Below are positions 19,209 through 28,970 of a DNA stretch of 56,148 nucleotides, in pieces. The position numbers were made by a program, and so were the translations under genes. Numbering within the stretch: the stretch's first letter is position 1; each line of letters begins with the position of its first letter. The notes under the pieces were generated by a model. The model made no database searches. It was not told where the DNA came from and was given only the letters and a program-made list of their open reading frames with translations. Origin of the DNA: Bacteroidales bacterium (GTDB lineage: Bacteria; Bacteroidota; Bacteroidia; Bacteroidales; UBA7960); contig SKVW01000180.1 of assembly GCA_007129255.1 (NCBI GenBank), forward strand, positions 1 through 56,148, read 5' to 3'.

Positions 19209-20480
19209 ATGATAGAGATTGCAGTAATTCGGAATAATGGCCCGGAAGTGTTGGAAAGGCTGAAAATTAAAAATTTTGATGCCACAGGAATTATGGAAAG
19301 GCTTCAGCAGGTTGATGCAGAAAGAAGGCAAACCCAGAAGCATCTGGATGATATGCTGGCTGAAAGTAAATCCCTGGCCAAAGATATCGGCCGGCTTTTT
19401 AAAGAGGGAAAAGCAGACGAGGCGTCTGCCCTTAAAGAGCGCACTTCTGCCATTAAAAAAGAGTCAAAAATTTTGCAGGAGCAGCTCAATAACCTTAGCC
19501 GGGAGCAAAATGAACTGATGGTTCAGTTGCCCAATCTCCCGCATGAGTCTGTTCCCCCGGGAAGAACAGCCGAAGACAATGTTATTGTTTCCAGCGAAGG
19601 TTCTTTACCGGAGTTGGGCGACAACGCAATGCCCCATTGGGAGCTTGCACAAAAATACCAACTGATAGATTTTGAGTGGGGAACCAAGATTACCGGCGCC
19701 GGATTCCCGGTTTATAAAGGTCTTGGCGCCAGGTTGCAACGGGCCCTGATCGCCTTTTTCCTGGATGAGGCCATTGATGCCGGGTATACTGAATACCAGC
19801 CCCCGCTGCTGGTAAATGAAGATTCTGCCTTTGCTACCGGGCAGCTTCCGGATAAAGACGGCCAAATGTATCACATCCCACTTGATAATCTTTACCTTAT
19901 CCCCACGGCCGAAGTACCGGTGACCAATTTCTACAGGGATACCATTTTACAAGCAGAGGATCTGCCTGTAAAAAGTACGGCCTATTCTTTATGCTTCAGA
20001 AGGGAAGCCGGATCGTATGGAAAAGAGGTGAGGGGCCTCAACCGCCTGCATCAGTTTGATAAAGTGGAGATTGTGCAGGTAACCCACCCGGATAAAAGTT
20101 ACCAGGCACTTAAAGAAATGGTGGAACATGTTTCCATGCTTTTAAGGAAGCTGAAACTCCCTTACCGTGTTGCCCGCCTTTGTGGGGGAGACATGAGTTT
20201 TGCCGCCGCTCTTACCTACGATATGGAGGTTTTTTCTGCTGCCCAGAAACGGTGGCTGGAAGTAAGCTCTGTATCCAATTTTGAAACCTTTCAGTCCAAC
20301 CGTATGAAATTGCGGTTTCGCACCGGCGAAGGGAAGAACGAAATGGCCCATACCCTCAATGGCAGCGCTTTGGCATTGCCACGCATTATGGCTGCGTTGC
20401 TGGAAAACAATCAATCCGAAAAGGGAATCAATATTCCCGAAGTGCTGCAACCCTATTTAAGAACGGACATGATTCGGTAG
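19209..20480 (+). CDS. serS: Serine--tRNA ligase
   Basis: TGQLP, LIPTAEVP, FRREAGSYG..RGL.RLHQFDKVE, EVSSVSN and TLNGSALA motifs. Confidence 0.98.
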   Translation: MIEIAVIRNNGPEVLERLKIKNFDATGIMERLQQVDAERRQTQKHLDDMLAESKSLAKDIGRLFKEGKADEASALKERTSAIKKESKILQEQLNNLSREQNELMVQLPNLPHESVPPGRTAEDNVIVSSEGSLPELGDNAMPHWELAQKYQLIDFEWGTKITGAGFPVYKGLGARLQRALIAFFLDEAIDAGYTEYQPPLLVNEDSAFATGQLPDKDGQMYHIPLDNLYLIPTAEVPVTNFYRDTILQAEDLPVKSTAYSLCFRREAGSYGKEVRGLNRLHQFDKVEIVQVTHPDKSYQALKEMVEHVSMLLRKLKLPYRVARLCGGDMSFAAALTYDMEVFSAAQKRWLEVSSVSNFETFQSNRMKLRFRTGEGKNEMAHTLNGSALALPRIMAALLENNQSEKGINIPEVLQPYLRTDMIR

Positions 20481-20604
20481 ACCATTTCAGTTTACGGGAA
20501 AATGGCACTGCAAAACAATTAACCTGAGCCGGCGTTTTTATTATAAACCTTTGGGCCGGTTTTTGCATTATGGTCAGCGGAAGACAGGTAAACTCCATAC
20601 GTAT

Positions 20605-22446
20605 ATGTTTATTAAATCAAAATTTTTTCTCCTTCAATGCCTTGCCCTGACAAGCGTTTTGCTGTTGCCTTTTTCCCTGTTGGGACAGGACCATACAGAC
20701 GAGCAGCTGGCAGCCCAGTATTTCAGGGAAGGCCGGTTTGAAAGGGCTGCTGCCTTGTATGAAGAGTTATTTGAAAAGAATCCCACCCGGCTGGTGTATA
20801 ACAATTATCTGGAATCACTTTTTGCTATTGAAGAGTTTCGGAAGGCGGAACGGGTGGTACGTTCATTAATCCGGGAAAACCCCGGAGAAATTCGTTACCA
20901 GGTTGATCTTGGATGGGTACACCATGAGGCCGGAAATGAGCGCCAGGCCCGCCGGCAGCTGGATGGCCTGATCAGCGATATGCAGGCCAACCCCGATGCG
21001 GTAAATGCTCTGGCAGGAGCTTTTGAAAGCAGGGGCTTTTTTGAACGTGCCCTGGAAACCTACAAACGAGGGCGCAGATTGCTTGGCCAGCGCCATCCTT
21101 TCCATATCCAGATTGCCCGTCTTTATGAAAGAAAAGAGGATTATGTTGCCATGATGAATGAGTACATAGACTACCTGGTTGAAAATATTTCCGAAATGGA
21201 GCGGGTAAGGGGTCTTCTCCAGGATGCCATTACCAATGATCCGGATTTTTCCCGTAATGAAGCATTGAGGGAGGTGCTGATGCGCCGGACTCAGCGAAAT
21301 CCTGACAATACCCTTTATTCGGAAATGCTGCTGTGGCTCTCCCTGCAGCAAAAAGACTTTAATATGGCTTTTATGCAGGCAAGGGCACTTGACCGCCGCC
21401 TGCGCAAAGACGGAGAAATGGTGCTGGAAGTTGCCACCCTAAGCACCAATAACGAAAATTATAATGTGGCCGCAAAAGCTTTTCAGTTTGTCCTGGACAA
21501 GGGGGAAGCTAACCCATTCTATATTGAAGCCCTGGTGGGTTACCTGGATGTGAAGTTTTTGGATGTTACATCATCCTATACTTACGAAAGGGAAGATCTT
21601 TTGAGAATTGAAAAGGAATATCAGGAAGCCATTGAAAAATTAGGCGTGCACCGGAATACGGTACGCCTTATTCGCAACCTGGCCAACCTTCAGGCCTTTT
21701 ACCTGGGGAAAACAGGTACGGCCATTGAACTGCTCCATTCCATTTTGGATATACCCAATGTTTCTAACCGCGTAAAAGCAGAATGCCGCATAGAACTGGC
21801 AGACATTCTTGTACTTATCGGGGATGTTTGGGATGCCAAACTGCTTTACGCACAGGTGGATCGGATGTTTCGTGATGACCCCCTGGCCCATGAAGCCAAA
21901 TTTAAAAATGCAAGGCTTTCTTTTTATATCGGTGAGTTTGACTGGGCCAAAGCCCAGCTGGATATCCTGAAAGCCGGCACCTCCCGCCTGATTGCAAATG
22001 ATGCCATGAAGCTTTCCCTGCGCATCCAGGATAATATCGGGTTTGACGAAAATACCGAACCACTTGAAATGTATGCCCGGGCAGAAAAGCTTATTTTTAT
22101 GAATCGCCTTGATGAGGCCATTGCAGTTCTTGATTCTGTCAACAAGCTTTTTCCCGGGCATCAGATCAATGATGACGTGATCTATGCCAGGGTTGAAATA
22201 ATGATGCAGAAAGGCGATTACCAGCAGGCAGACAGCTTGCTTGCAAAAATTGTTGAGCAATACCCTTCGGGTTTGCTGGCAGATGATGCCCTTTTTAAGA
22301 GAGCCGAACTTTATGAAAATATTTTTGAGGACCGTGAAAAGGCCATGAACCTTTACCAGGAACTGATGGTTGGTTTTCCCGGCAGCCTCCATACCGTCAC
22401 AGCCCGCAATCGTTTCAGAACCCTCAGGGGAGATCTGGTAAACTAA
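20605..22446 (+). CDS. Exported tetratricopeptide-repeat protein
   Basis: Signal-peptide-like N-terminus from ATG 20605; repeated TPR-like helices (..YP.. turns, A..LY..L). Confidence 0.82.
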   Translation: MFIKSKFFLLQCLALTSVLLLPFSLLGQDHTDEQLAAQYFREGRFERAAALYEELFEKNPTRLVYNNYLESLFAIEEFRKAERVVRSLIRENPGEIRYQVDLGWVHHEAGNERQARRQLDGLISDMQANPDAVNALAGAFESRGFFERALETYKRGRRLLGQRHPFHIQIARLYERKEDYVAMMNEYIDYLVENISEMERVRGLLQDAITNDPDFSRNEALREVLMRRTQRNPDNTLYSEMLLWLSLQQKDFNMAFMQARALDRRLRKDGEMVLEVATLSTNNENYNVAAKAFQFVLDKGEANPFYIEALVGYLDVKFLDVTSSYTYEREDLLRIEKEYQEAIEKLGVHRNTVRLIRNLANLQAFYLGKTGTAIELLHSILDIPNVSNRVKAECRIELADILVLIGDVWDAKLLYAQVDRMFRDDPLAHEAKFKNARLSFYIGEFDWAKAQLDILKAGTSRLIANDAMKLSLRIQDNIGFDENTEPLEMYARAEKLIFMNRLDEAIAVLDSVNKLFPGHQINDDVIYARVEIMMQKGDYQQADSLLAKIVEQYPSGLLADDALFKRAELYENIFEDREKAMNLYQELMVGFPGSLHTVTARNRFRTLRGDLVN

Positions 22447-22458
22447 AAAAAACTGCAA

Positions 22459-23253
22459 GTGCCTTCATCCGTATTTCCCAAAAAATTTCTCGGCCAGCAC
22501 TTCCTGCGTGATGAAAATATCGCCCGAAAGGTTGTGGAAAGCCTGACAGGCTTCGGAAACTATGATACCATGCTCGAGGTCGGCCCCGGTACCGGAGTGC
22601 TTACCAAATATCTTCTGGAAAAAGGGAAATGGAAATGGTTTGGGGCAGAGCTTGACCGTGATTCGGCGGCTTATCTCCGGGGAAAATATCCTCACCTGGA
22701 ATCTCAAATCATCGAAGGAGACTTTCTTAAAATGGATTTTAACAGGTGGATGGGGAAAGAACCTTTTGCCGTGATTGGCAATTTCCCCTATAACATCTCC
22801 TCGCAGATCCTTTTTAAAGTTCTTGAAAACCGCGAACAGATTCCGGAAATGGTGGGCATGTTTCAAAAGGAAGTTGCCATGCGCATCGCCTCACAACCCG
22901 GCAACAAGGTATATGGCATCCTGAGTGTGCTTACCCAGGCTTTTTATAATGTTCAGTTGTTGTTTGGTGTCGATCCGCATGTATTTCAGCCTCCTCCAAA
23001 GGTGCAATCGGCAGTGATCAGGCTGGAGAGGAAAACCGGTGAGCCCTTGGATTGTGATCCTGAACTTTTCTTCCGGGTGGTAAAAACAGCCTTTAACCAA
23101 AGAAGGAAGATGCTTAGCAACTCCCTGAAAAGCATGAAGGTGAATTGGGAAAAACTCCCGGAGAAACTTCCTTTTAAGAGGCCCGAGCAACTCGGTGTAA
23201 CGGAGTTTTCGAAAATTACCAACGCCTCAAGTCCCGATCAGAAGGATAATTGA
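22459..23253 (+). CDS. rsmA: 16S rRNA dimethyladenosine transferase (GTG start)
   Basis: KKFLGQHFL, LEVGPGTG, GNFPYNISS, MFQKEVA, PPPKVQS and AFNQRRK motifs. Confidence 0.97.
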   Translation: MPSSVFPKKFLGQHFLRDENIARKVVESLTGFGNYDTMLEVGPGTGVLTKYLLEKGKWKWFGAELDRDSAAYLRGKYPHLESQIIEGDFLKMDFNRWMGKEPFAVIGNFPYNISSQILFKVLENREQIPEMVGMFQKEVAMRIASQPGNKVYGILSVLTQAFYNVQLLFGVDPHVFQPPPKVQSAVIRLERKTGEPLDCDPELFFRVVKTAFNQRRKMLSNSLKSMKVNWEKLPEKLPFKRPEQLGVTEFSKITNASSPDQKDN

Positions 23254-23391
23254 TATTGATGTTTTGGTTTGCCAGGCTTTCAGTTTGCCCTTTTTAAAAT
23301 TTTTATGAAGATTGTAACCGGCTAACCATTGGCTTTCCGGCTGAGGTTTAAAATGTTTTTGTATTTTTGAAGTTGTTTCAAAACCGTTGCC

Positions 23392-24681
23392 ATGGCTACC
23401 AAAAAGCTGAAAAATTTTGAATATGCAGGACATACCGAAGCGGGCCCTTCCGGTATGGAAGGCCTTTGCCTGCAGGATGCTTTTGACACTCCAAATGGTT
23501 TTGTATTTGTAGTTACAGCCAATGAAGATCACTCCGCCAGCGAAAATCAGTTGGTGAAAATTTTTTCTGAAAGGATCCGGTATTATCTTGATAATGAAAT
23601 ACTGGAAAACCCCACTGAAGCGGTGAGCAATGCCATGATCTATTCCAACGGGTATATTTTTGAGTATCTGCGAAAAATCCCGAAAATTTCTCCTGGAGAG
23701 CTTAGTGGTTTATGTGTGCTTATAAGGGACGAAAAGGTTTATTATGGCTGGATTGGTGAGGTTTGCCTGTTTTTATTTACGGGAAAAAAGTTTTACCAGC
23801 TTGCATCCTGCGGCCAAAAGACCCGGGAGGAAGACGGGCAGGCTGCAGTTGATGGGGACGGATTTATTGGTTCACAGCAATTTGTCGTACCTGGAAATTG
23901 CCAACAGCCTTATGTGCCGGTTAACGGAGACAGGTTGATTGCCGGAACCGGCGGGTTGTGCCGAAACTTCCAGGATAAAACCTTTAAGAAATTGCTGCGG
24001 GATTCCATGCCCACCCAAACTAAGGTACTTCGCCTTGCAAACATTGCCGGTAACACCGGAGGTAAAGAACCTATGGCTTTGCAGCTGATCAACTTCTATA
24101 ACCTTGTGAACACCTTGCGCTCTTTTGCTCCTGCCACCCATCCAGGCCCTCCTGAAACAAATTCTTCCAAAGTCAAAAAAGTTTTTAATGAAAAAAAGTC
24201 TTCCCCGGTGATGAGATATCTTTTTACGGCAATCGTTTTGCTGTTGGTCGGTTATATGGTCTATGACCTTTTTATTTATAATCCCAGGCCCGCGCGCCAT
24301 GTCCCCTTGACCCAGGAGCATCTTCAGGCCGATCACGACTCCCTGATAAAAGTCCGGGGAGTTGAAATATCCGGCACCCCCGAGCAACTTCCCGAGGATG
24401 TTAGTTACACTGTCAGAAGCGGGGATACCTGGAGCCGCATCTATCAGCAATTTGGTGTGTGCTCATGGTTTATTCGTAATCACCCGCCCAACCAGGGCAA
24501 ATTCGACAGCGAAGGAAATCCTGTTGCCGGAAGTACACTGCAAATCCCTGTGATGTATTCAGGAAGACCCCAGCTAAATCCCTATTTCTATCGTGAATTT
24601 CAAACCAGCAGGGTAGGCGGTTCCTGTGAGCATGCTGATGAAGACTTCCTCCGGAGATTTGAAGAAAAAATATATGATTAG
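23392..24681 (+). CDS. Degenerate PP2C-like domain + TM helix + LysM domain protein
   Basis: PP2C-type order of elements but lacking the metal-binding Asp residues; TM YLFTAIVLLLVGYMVY; LysM YTVRSGDTWSRI...GSTLQIP. Confidence 0.75.
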   Translation: MATKKLKNFEYAGHTEAGPSGMEGLCLQDAFDTPNGFVFVVTANEDHSASENQLVKIFSERIRYYLDNEILENPTEAVSNAMIYSNGYIFEYLRKIPKISPGELSGLCVLIRDEKVYYGWIGEVCLFLFTGKKFYQLASCGQKTREEDGQAAVDGDGFIGSQQFVVPGNCQQPYVPVNGDRLIAGTGGLCRNFQDKTFKKLLRDSMPTQTKVLRLANIAGNTGGKEPMALQLINFYNLVNTLRSFAPATHPGPPETNSSKVKKVFNEKKSSPVMRYLFTAIVLLLVGYMVYDLFIYNPRPARHVPLTQEHLQADHDSLIKVRGVEISGTPEQLPEDVSYTVRSGDTWSRIYQQFGVCSWFIRNHPPNQGKFDSEGNPVAGSTLQIPVMYSGRPQLNPYFYREFQTSRVGGSCEHADEDFLRRFEEKIYD

Positions 24682-25645
24682 CAACAGCAAAGGAAAATAT
24701 CTTCGGAAAGGGAAAGTTTTGTTCCTGGATAAAGCCCATCCTTCCCTGATGGATGAATTGGAAAACCTGGGGTATTCCTGCCATTATGATCCTGCCATTA
24801 CTCCCGGAAAACTGATTTCCATCCTTCCCGAATTATCCGGTTTAATTGTAAGAAGCAAATTCCGGCTGGATAAAAACATCTTGCAACATGCCGATAAACT
24901 TCAGTTTATTGGAAGAGTCGGAAGTGGTCTTGAAAATATAGACGTGGATTATGCCCGTTCTAAAGGGATTGTCTGCATGAATTCACCGGAAGGAAACCGC
25001 GATGCCGTAGGTGAGTATGCCCTGGGACTTTTACTTGCCCTGATCAACAATCTTGTGATTGCTGACCGGGAGGTAAGACAAGGGACATGGGAAAGGGAGA
25101 AAAACCGGGGTGTTGAAATAAAAGGCAAAACGGTTGCCATCATCGGCTATGGAAATACAGGAAGTGCTTTTGCTCAGCGCCTGCAGGGGTTTGAGGCAAA
25201 AATTATAGCCTTCGATAAGCACAAAAAAAATTACACCCCAGCCTTTGTTAAAGAAGGATCCCTGGAAGAAGTTTATGAACATGCCGATATCGTTAGCTTT
25301 CACGTTCCGCTTAACCCTGAAACCAGGTATATGTGCGACAGACAATTTTTTGAAAGATTTCAAAAAAATATTCTGCTGGTCAATACGGCAAGGGGAGGCA
25401 TCTTGAATACAAGCGACCTGGTAGCGGCCTTAAAAAGTGGGAAGGTTCAGGGGGCTGCACTGGATGTGCTGGAGTACGAACATCTTTCCTTTGAAAAACT
25501 TGAAAAGAAAGACCTGCCGCCCCCGTTTCAATACCTTGCCTCGAGCAAAAATGTAGTGCTGTCCCCCCATATTGCCGGCTGGACCCATGAATCTTATATA
25601 AAACTATCTACTGTATTGGCAGAAAAGATAAAGGCCCTCAGGTAG
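24674..25645 (+). CDS. D-isomer-specific 2-hydroxyacid dehydrogenase (SerA-like, no ACT domain)
   Basis: IVRS, GSGLENID, GYGNTG, NTARG, LDVLEYE and SPHIAG motifs. Confidence 0.9.
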   Translation: MISNSKGKYLRKGKVLFLDKAHPSLMDELENLGYSCHYDPAITPGKLISILPELSGLIVRSKFRLDKNILQHADKLQFIGRVGSGLENIDVDYARSKGIVCMNSPEGNRDAVGEYALGLLLALINNLVIADREVRQGTWEREKNRGVEIKGKTVAIIGYGNTGSAFAQRLQGFEAKIIAFDKHKKNYTPAFVKEGSLEEVYEHADIVSFHVPLNPETRYMCDRQFFERFQKNILLVNTARGGILNTSDLVAALKSGKVQGAALDVLEYEHLSFEKLEKKDLPPPFQYLASSKNVVLSPHIAGWTHESYIKLSTVLAEKIKALR

Positions 25646-26936
25646 TCGGCCGTTCCTTAACCACCAATTGAAGGGTGGTGCGATTTTTTTGTTCAAGCAT
25701 TACCTTTTTTCCTTTGAGCAGGTAATCCACTTCCGCTTTCTGGTAATGTCTTACGGTGATTAATCTCAGATCATGGTTGTATTTTACATTAAAATTTTTT
25801 TCCAGATCCCTTATCAGTGCCGGGGTTTTTACCCGGTCATGGTCAAAACATACCGAAAAACTAATGGCAGAATTTTGCATCAGGTTAATCTTAACACCGT
25901 GGCTTGCAAAATCTGAAAAAATGCGGGAAAGGTTTTCTTCGGCAATAAAACTGAAATCTTTTGGGAAAATAGATATCAAAACCTGGTTGAATTTATAAAT
26001 GTAGGAAGGAACCAGGTCATCATTCTTGAAATTATCATTGATAAGGGTTCCGGGGGCTGCGGGATTGGAAAAAGATTTGACCTTCAAAGGAATGTTTTTG
26101 TTCAGCAACGGCTTTAAGGTTTTCGGATGAATTACCGTGGCTCCGTAATAAGCCAGTTCGATAGCTTCCTGGTAACTGATATTGGGCAGAAGCAGTGTTT
26201 TTTCAAAAAATTTTGGGTCGGCATTGAGCAGACCGGGAACATCTTTCCAGATCACTAATTCTTCAGCCATCAATGAATAGGCAATAATGGCTGCGGTGTA
26301 GTCACTTCCTTCCCTGCCCAAAGTGGTTGTAAACCCCTGCCTTGTCCCCCCGATAAAACCCTGGGTAAGCACAACAGAAGGTTTCCCGTTATTTTTTCCG
26401 GGCTTAAGATAGGGTGAAAGATTTTCATTGATGGCCCTTGAAGTGAGAATCCAGTCGACCCTGGCATCCCGGAAATGCGCATCGGTGATCACCAGTTTCT
26501 GTGCCGGGAAAAGCTGATTCGAGATCCCGCAATCCTTCAGGTGCTGGTTTACAATTTGTGTGGAAACCCTTTCGCCGGTAGAAACTATGCGGTCATATTC
26601 ATAATTATAATTGGTGCCGGCTTCTTCCCTTATATAATAGTATAAATGATAAAAGGATTGCTCCAGGATGTCGAATACCGGATGCGAAGGATATTCAAAA
26701 AGTTCCCTGGCAATATTGAAATGGAAGGCTTTGATTTGGTCAAACAAAGCGTACATCTCCTCTTTTCTTCCTTCCATAAAAAAGGCGGTCAGCTTCTCCA
26801 GTGCGTTGGTGGTTTTGGCCATGGCCGATAATACCACAACCAGGGGCTCATCCCCATATTGTTTGATGATTTTACCTACATTTTTTACCGAATTGGGATC
26901 CTTGACAGAAGCCCCGCCAAATTTGAATACGCGCAT
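25638..26936 (-). CDS. lysC: Aspartate kinase
   Basis: KFGGASV, VVLSAM.KTT, TTLGREGSDYTA, WKDVPG and ELAYYGATVIHP motifs. Confidence 0.95.
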   Translation of the reverse strand: MRVFKFGGASVKDPNSVKNVGKIIKQYGDEPLVVVLSAMAKTTNALEKLTAFFMEGRKEEMYALFDQIKAFHFNIARELFEYPSHPVFDILEQSFYHLYYYIREEAGTNYNYEYDRIVSTGERVSTQIVNQHLKDCGISNQLFPAQKLVITDAHFRDARVDWILTSRAINENLSPYLKPGKNNGKPSVVLTQGFIGGTRQGFTTTLGREGSDYTAAIIAYSLMAEELVIWKDVPGLLNADPKFFEKTLLLPNISYQEAIELAYYGATVIHPKTLKPLLNKNIPLKVKSFSNPAAPGTLINDNFKNDDLVPSYIYKFNQVLISIFPKDFSFIAEENLSRIFSDFASHGVKINLMQNSAISFSVCFDHDRVKTPALIRDLEKNFNVKYNHDLRLITVRHYQKAEVDYLLKGKKVMLEQKNRTTLQLVVKERPTT

Positions 26937-27003
26937 CCTTTTGTTATGGTTTTTTGCGGCAACTGACCTGAAAACAAAATTAACAAAATATGGGTATGCA
27001 GGC

Positions 27004-27037
27004 AAAAAGAAACCCTGGTCAGTAAACTAACCAGGGT
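27004..27037 (-). terminator. Intrinsic terminator after the ECF sigma gene
   Basis: ACCCTGGT...ACCAGGGT stem followed by TTCTTTTT on the minus strand. Confidence 0.7.
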
Positions 27038-27077
27038 AGGGACAGAGAAAATAAATATTGAGGAATGTTACAAATAA

Positions 27078-27578
27078 CTATTTTTCATTAAGGGCTTCCA
27101 TCAGCTTTTTGCGGGTAAAGAAAATCCGGCTTTTAACCGTACCAATGGACAGGTTCAGCTTGTCTGCAATTTCTTTGTATTTGTAACCATCATTATACAT
27201 TTCAAAGGGCTTGCGCTGGTCCTGGTCAATCTTCTTTATTTCGCGGGTAATTTCCTTTATCGCGTAAGAGGAATCCGGGAGGCCTGTTTTGCTCTCTTTG
27301 GATAAATTCAGGTAATAAAGGTCATCGGTTTTGTCAAGAATGGTGTTGTTTCTAACATTCTGCCTGTAATTGTTAATGAAGGTGTTTTTCATGATGGTAA
27401 AAGTCCACGCCTTCAAATTGGTGTTGGCAGTGAATTTATCACGATTGGTTAATGCTTTAAGGTAGGTTTCCTGAACCAGGTCCTGAGCATCCTCATAATT
27501 TGAGGTCAAAGTGTAGGCAAAATATTTAAGGTTTTTCTGAAGACCCAGAAGCTTATAGTTGAATTCCAGTGCTGTCAT
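27078..27578 (-). CDS. ECF-type RNA polymerase sigma factor
   Basis: Region 2 DAQDLVQETYLKA..NLKAW..IMKNTFIN; region 4 YKYKEIA..IGTVKSRIF. Confidence 0.95.
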   Translation of the reverse strand: MTALEFNYKLLGLQKNLKYFAYTLTSNYEDAQDLVQETYLKALTNRDKFTANTNLKAWTFTIMKNTFINNYRQNVRNNTILDKTDDLYYLNLSKESKTGLPDSSYAIKEITREIKKIDQDQRKPFEMYNDGYKYKEIADKLNLSIGTVKSRIFFTRKKLMEALNEK

Positions 27579-27618
27579 AATTGATAAGGTTTTTGGGTTT
27601 GTTTAATTTTCTTTATAT

Positions 27619-27626
27619 CAAAGTTA
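27619..27626 (-). promoter_or_regulatory. -7 promoter box (TAACTTTG) for the ECF sigma gene
   Basis: TAnnTTTG 40 nt upstream of the ATG, embedded in TTAAAC-like repeats. Confidence 0.6.
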
Positions 27627-28085
27627 AACAAAAAAATATTAACTCCAAGCTTTTTTAAACTTTTTAACAAAATAAATTATGCTTAAAACCAAATACATTA
27701 CCTATAAAGGCCTGTTTGTAGTACAAATATAATAATTTCTATTAGTAAATTAAAAAAACAGAAATATAAATTTTGTTAAATGAAAAACCTGAAAATGAGA
27801 ACAGTGTAATTTGCGTAACTTCCTGATTAACCGTTGGTTTCAGGTAAAAAGGAGTCTTATTACCTGAATTGGGATTGGCAAATACTTTGGAAAACCATTA
27901 AAAAATTTACAGGAAACATCCATGACTAATTTTAAACGCACATGAGAATGATTATCAGGAGAACAGGACTTAATCCAACAATGAAAACTGAATTGTGATG
28001 TTTTTCCACCCCGGCATGGAAGGCCGCTGACCGAATTAATCAAATTATAAACAGATGAATTTTTTTGAAAAGGAGGATAGGAAAT

Positions 28086-28970
28086 TTACCCGATTTCTTT
28101 CAGCATTTCTTTAAACTGCTCTGCATTTTCAACCGGAATAATATTTTTGGGAAGTTCTTCTTTAACTTCCTTTAATTGAAGCCCGGTTACAAATACTTTC
28201 TTGTTTTTTACCGCTTTTGACAACTTCCTGAGGTATTCGGGTATTTCTTTTGGGGCAAGGGCTGCAACAAAATAAGTAAAGAGGTAGTCTGTCTCCCGTA
28301 TTTGTAGAATTTCAACCAGATCGTCAAAAGGGACTGACTGACCGAGATAGATCACTTTATGTCCGCTTTTCTTCAGGAGATAGCTGTAAAAAAGCAGGCC
28401 CATTTCATGCAATTCATTTTCGGGAAGGAACAAAAGAAATGTTTTGCCACCCTCTTTTGGGGGATCCGTTTGCCCATCTATGGCGATGATGAGTTTTTGC
28501 CGGATAAGGTTGGTAATGAAATGCTCCTGTGCAGGGTTGATGGTGCCTATTTGCCAAAGTAATCCAATTTTTTCAAGGAAAGGATACAAGATATGGGTTA
28601 CGGTTTTTTCAAAACCCATTTTCAAAATCGAGGATGATAGAACTTTGTTAAAGCCATTTTCGTTAAGTTCTATCATGGAAACCACCAGGCTGTTGATCTG
28701 GCTTTCGTAATCATTGGCAGATCCTGATAATTCGACCACCTTTTCGTTTACCTCTTCCGGATCCATTCTAATGATCTGGGAGATCTTAAATCCGTGCTTG
28801 TTTAGCGTGCTTATGTTTAATAGCTTTTTCAGGTCGCAGTCCTGGTAGTACCTGATATTGGTAGAGGTGCGCTCAGGCAAAACCACATTGTAACGCTTTT
28901 CCCACATCCTGATGGTGTGGGCTTTAATTCCGGTAATCTTTTCCAGATCGTTAATGGAGTATCGGATCAT
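28086..28970 (-). CDS. MerR-family regulator with cobalamin-binding domain (CarH/LitR-like)
   Basis: MerR HTH (YSI.DL...GIKAHTIR.WEKRY..P.R...RYY); W-x9-EH (WQIGTINPAQEH), E-x-H-x-x-G (ELHEMG) and YLG motifs. Confidence 0.92.
   Translation of the reverse strand: MIRYSINDLEKITGIKAHTIRMWEKRYNVVLPERTSTNIRYYQDCDLKKLLNISTLNKHGFKISQIIRMDPEEVNEKVVELSGSANDYESQINSLVVSMIELNENGFNKVLSSSILKMGFEKTVTHILYPFLEKIGLLWQIGTINPAQEHFITNLIRQKLIIAIDGQTDPPKEGGKTFLLFLPENELHEMGLLFYSYLLKKSGHKVIYLGQSVPFDDLVEILQIRETDYLFTYFVAALAPKEIPEYLRKLSKAVKNKKVFVTGLQLKEVKEELPKNIIPVENAEQFKEMLKEIG

Noticed and set aside
20866-22458. Antisense ORFs inside the TPR gene
   Set aside because: No motifs; fully nested opposite a credible CDS
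27840-28043. 67-aa minus-strand ORF in the regulator-sigma gap
   Set aside because: Non-ATG start, no motifs, atypical composition; insufficient support
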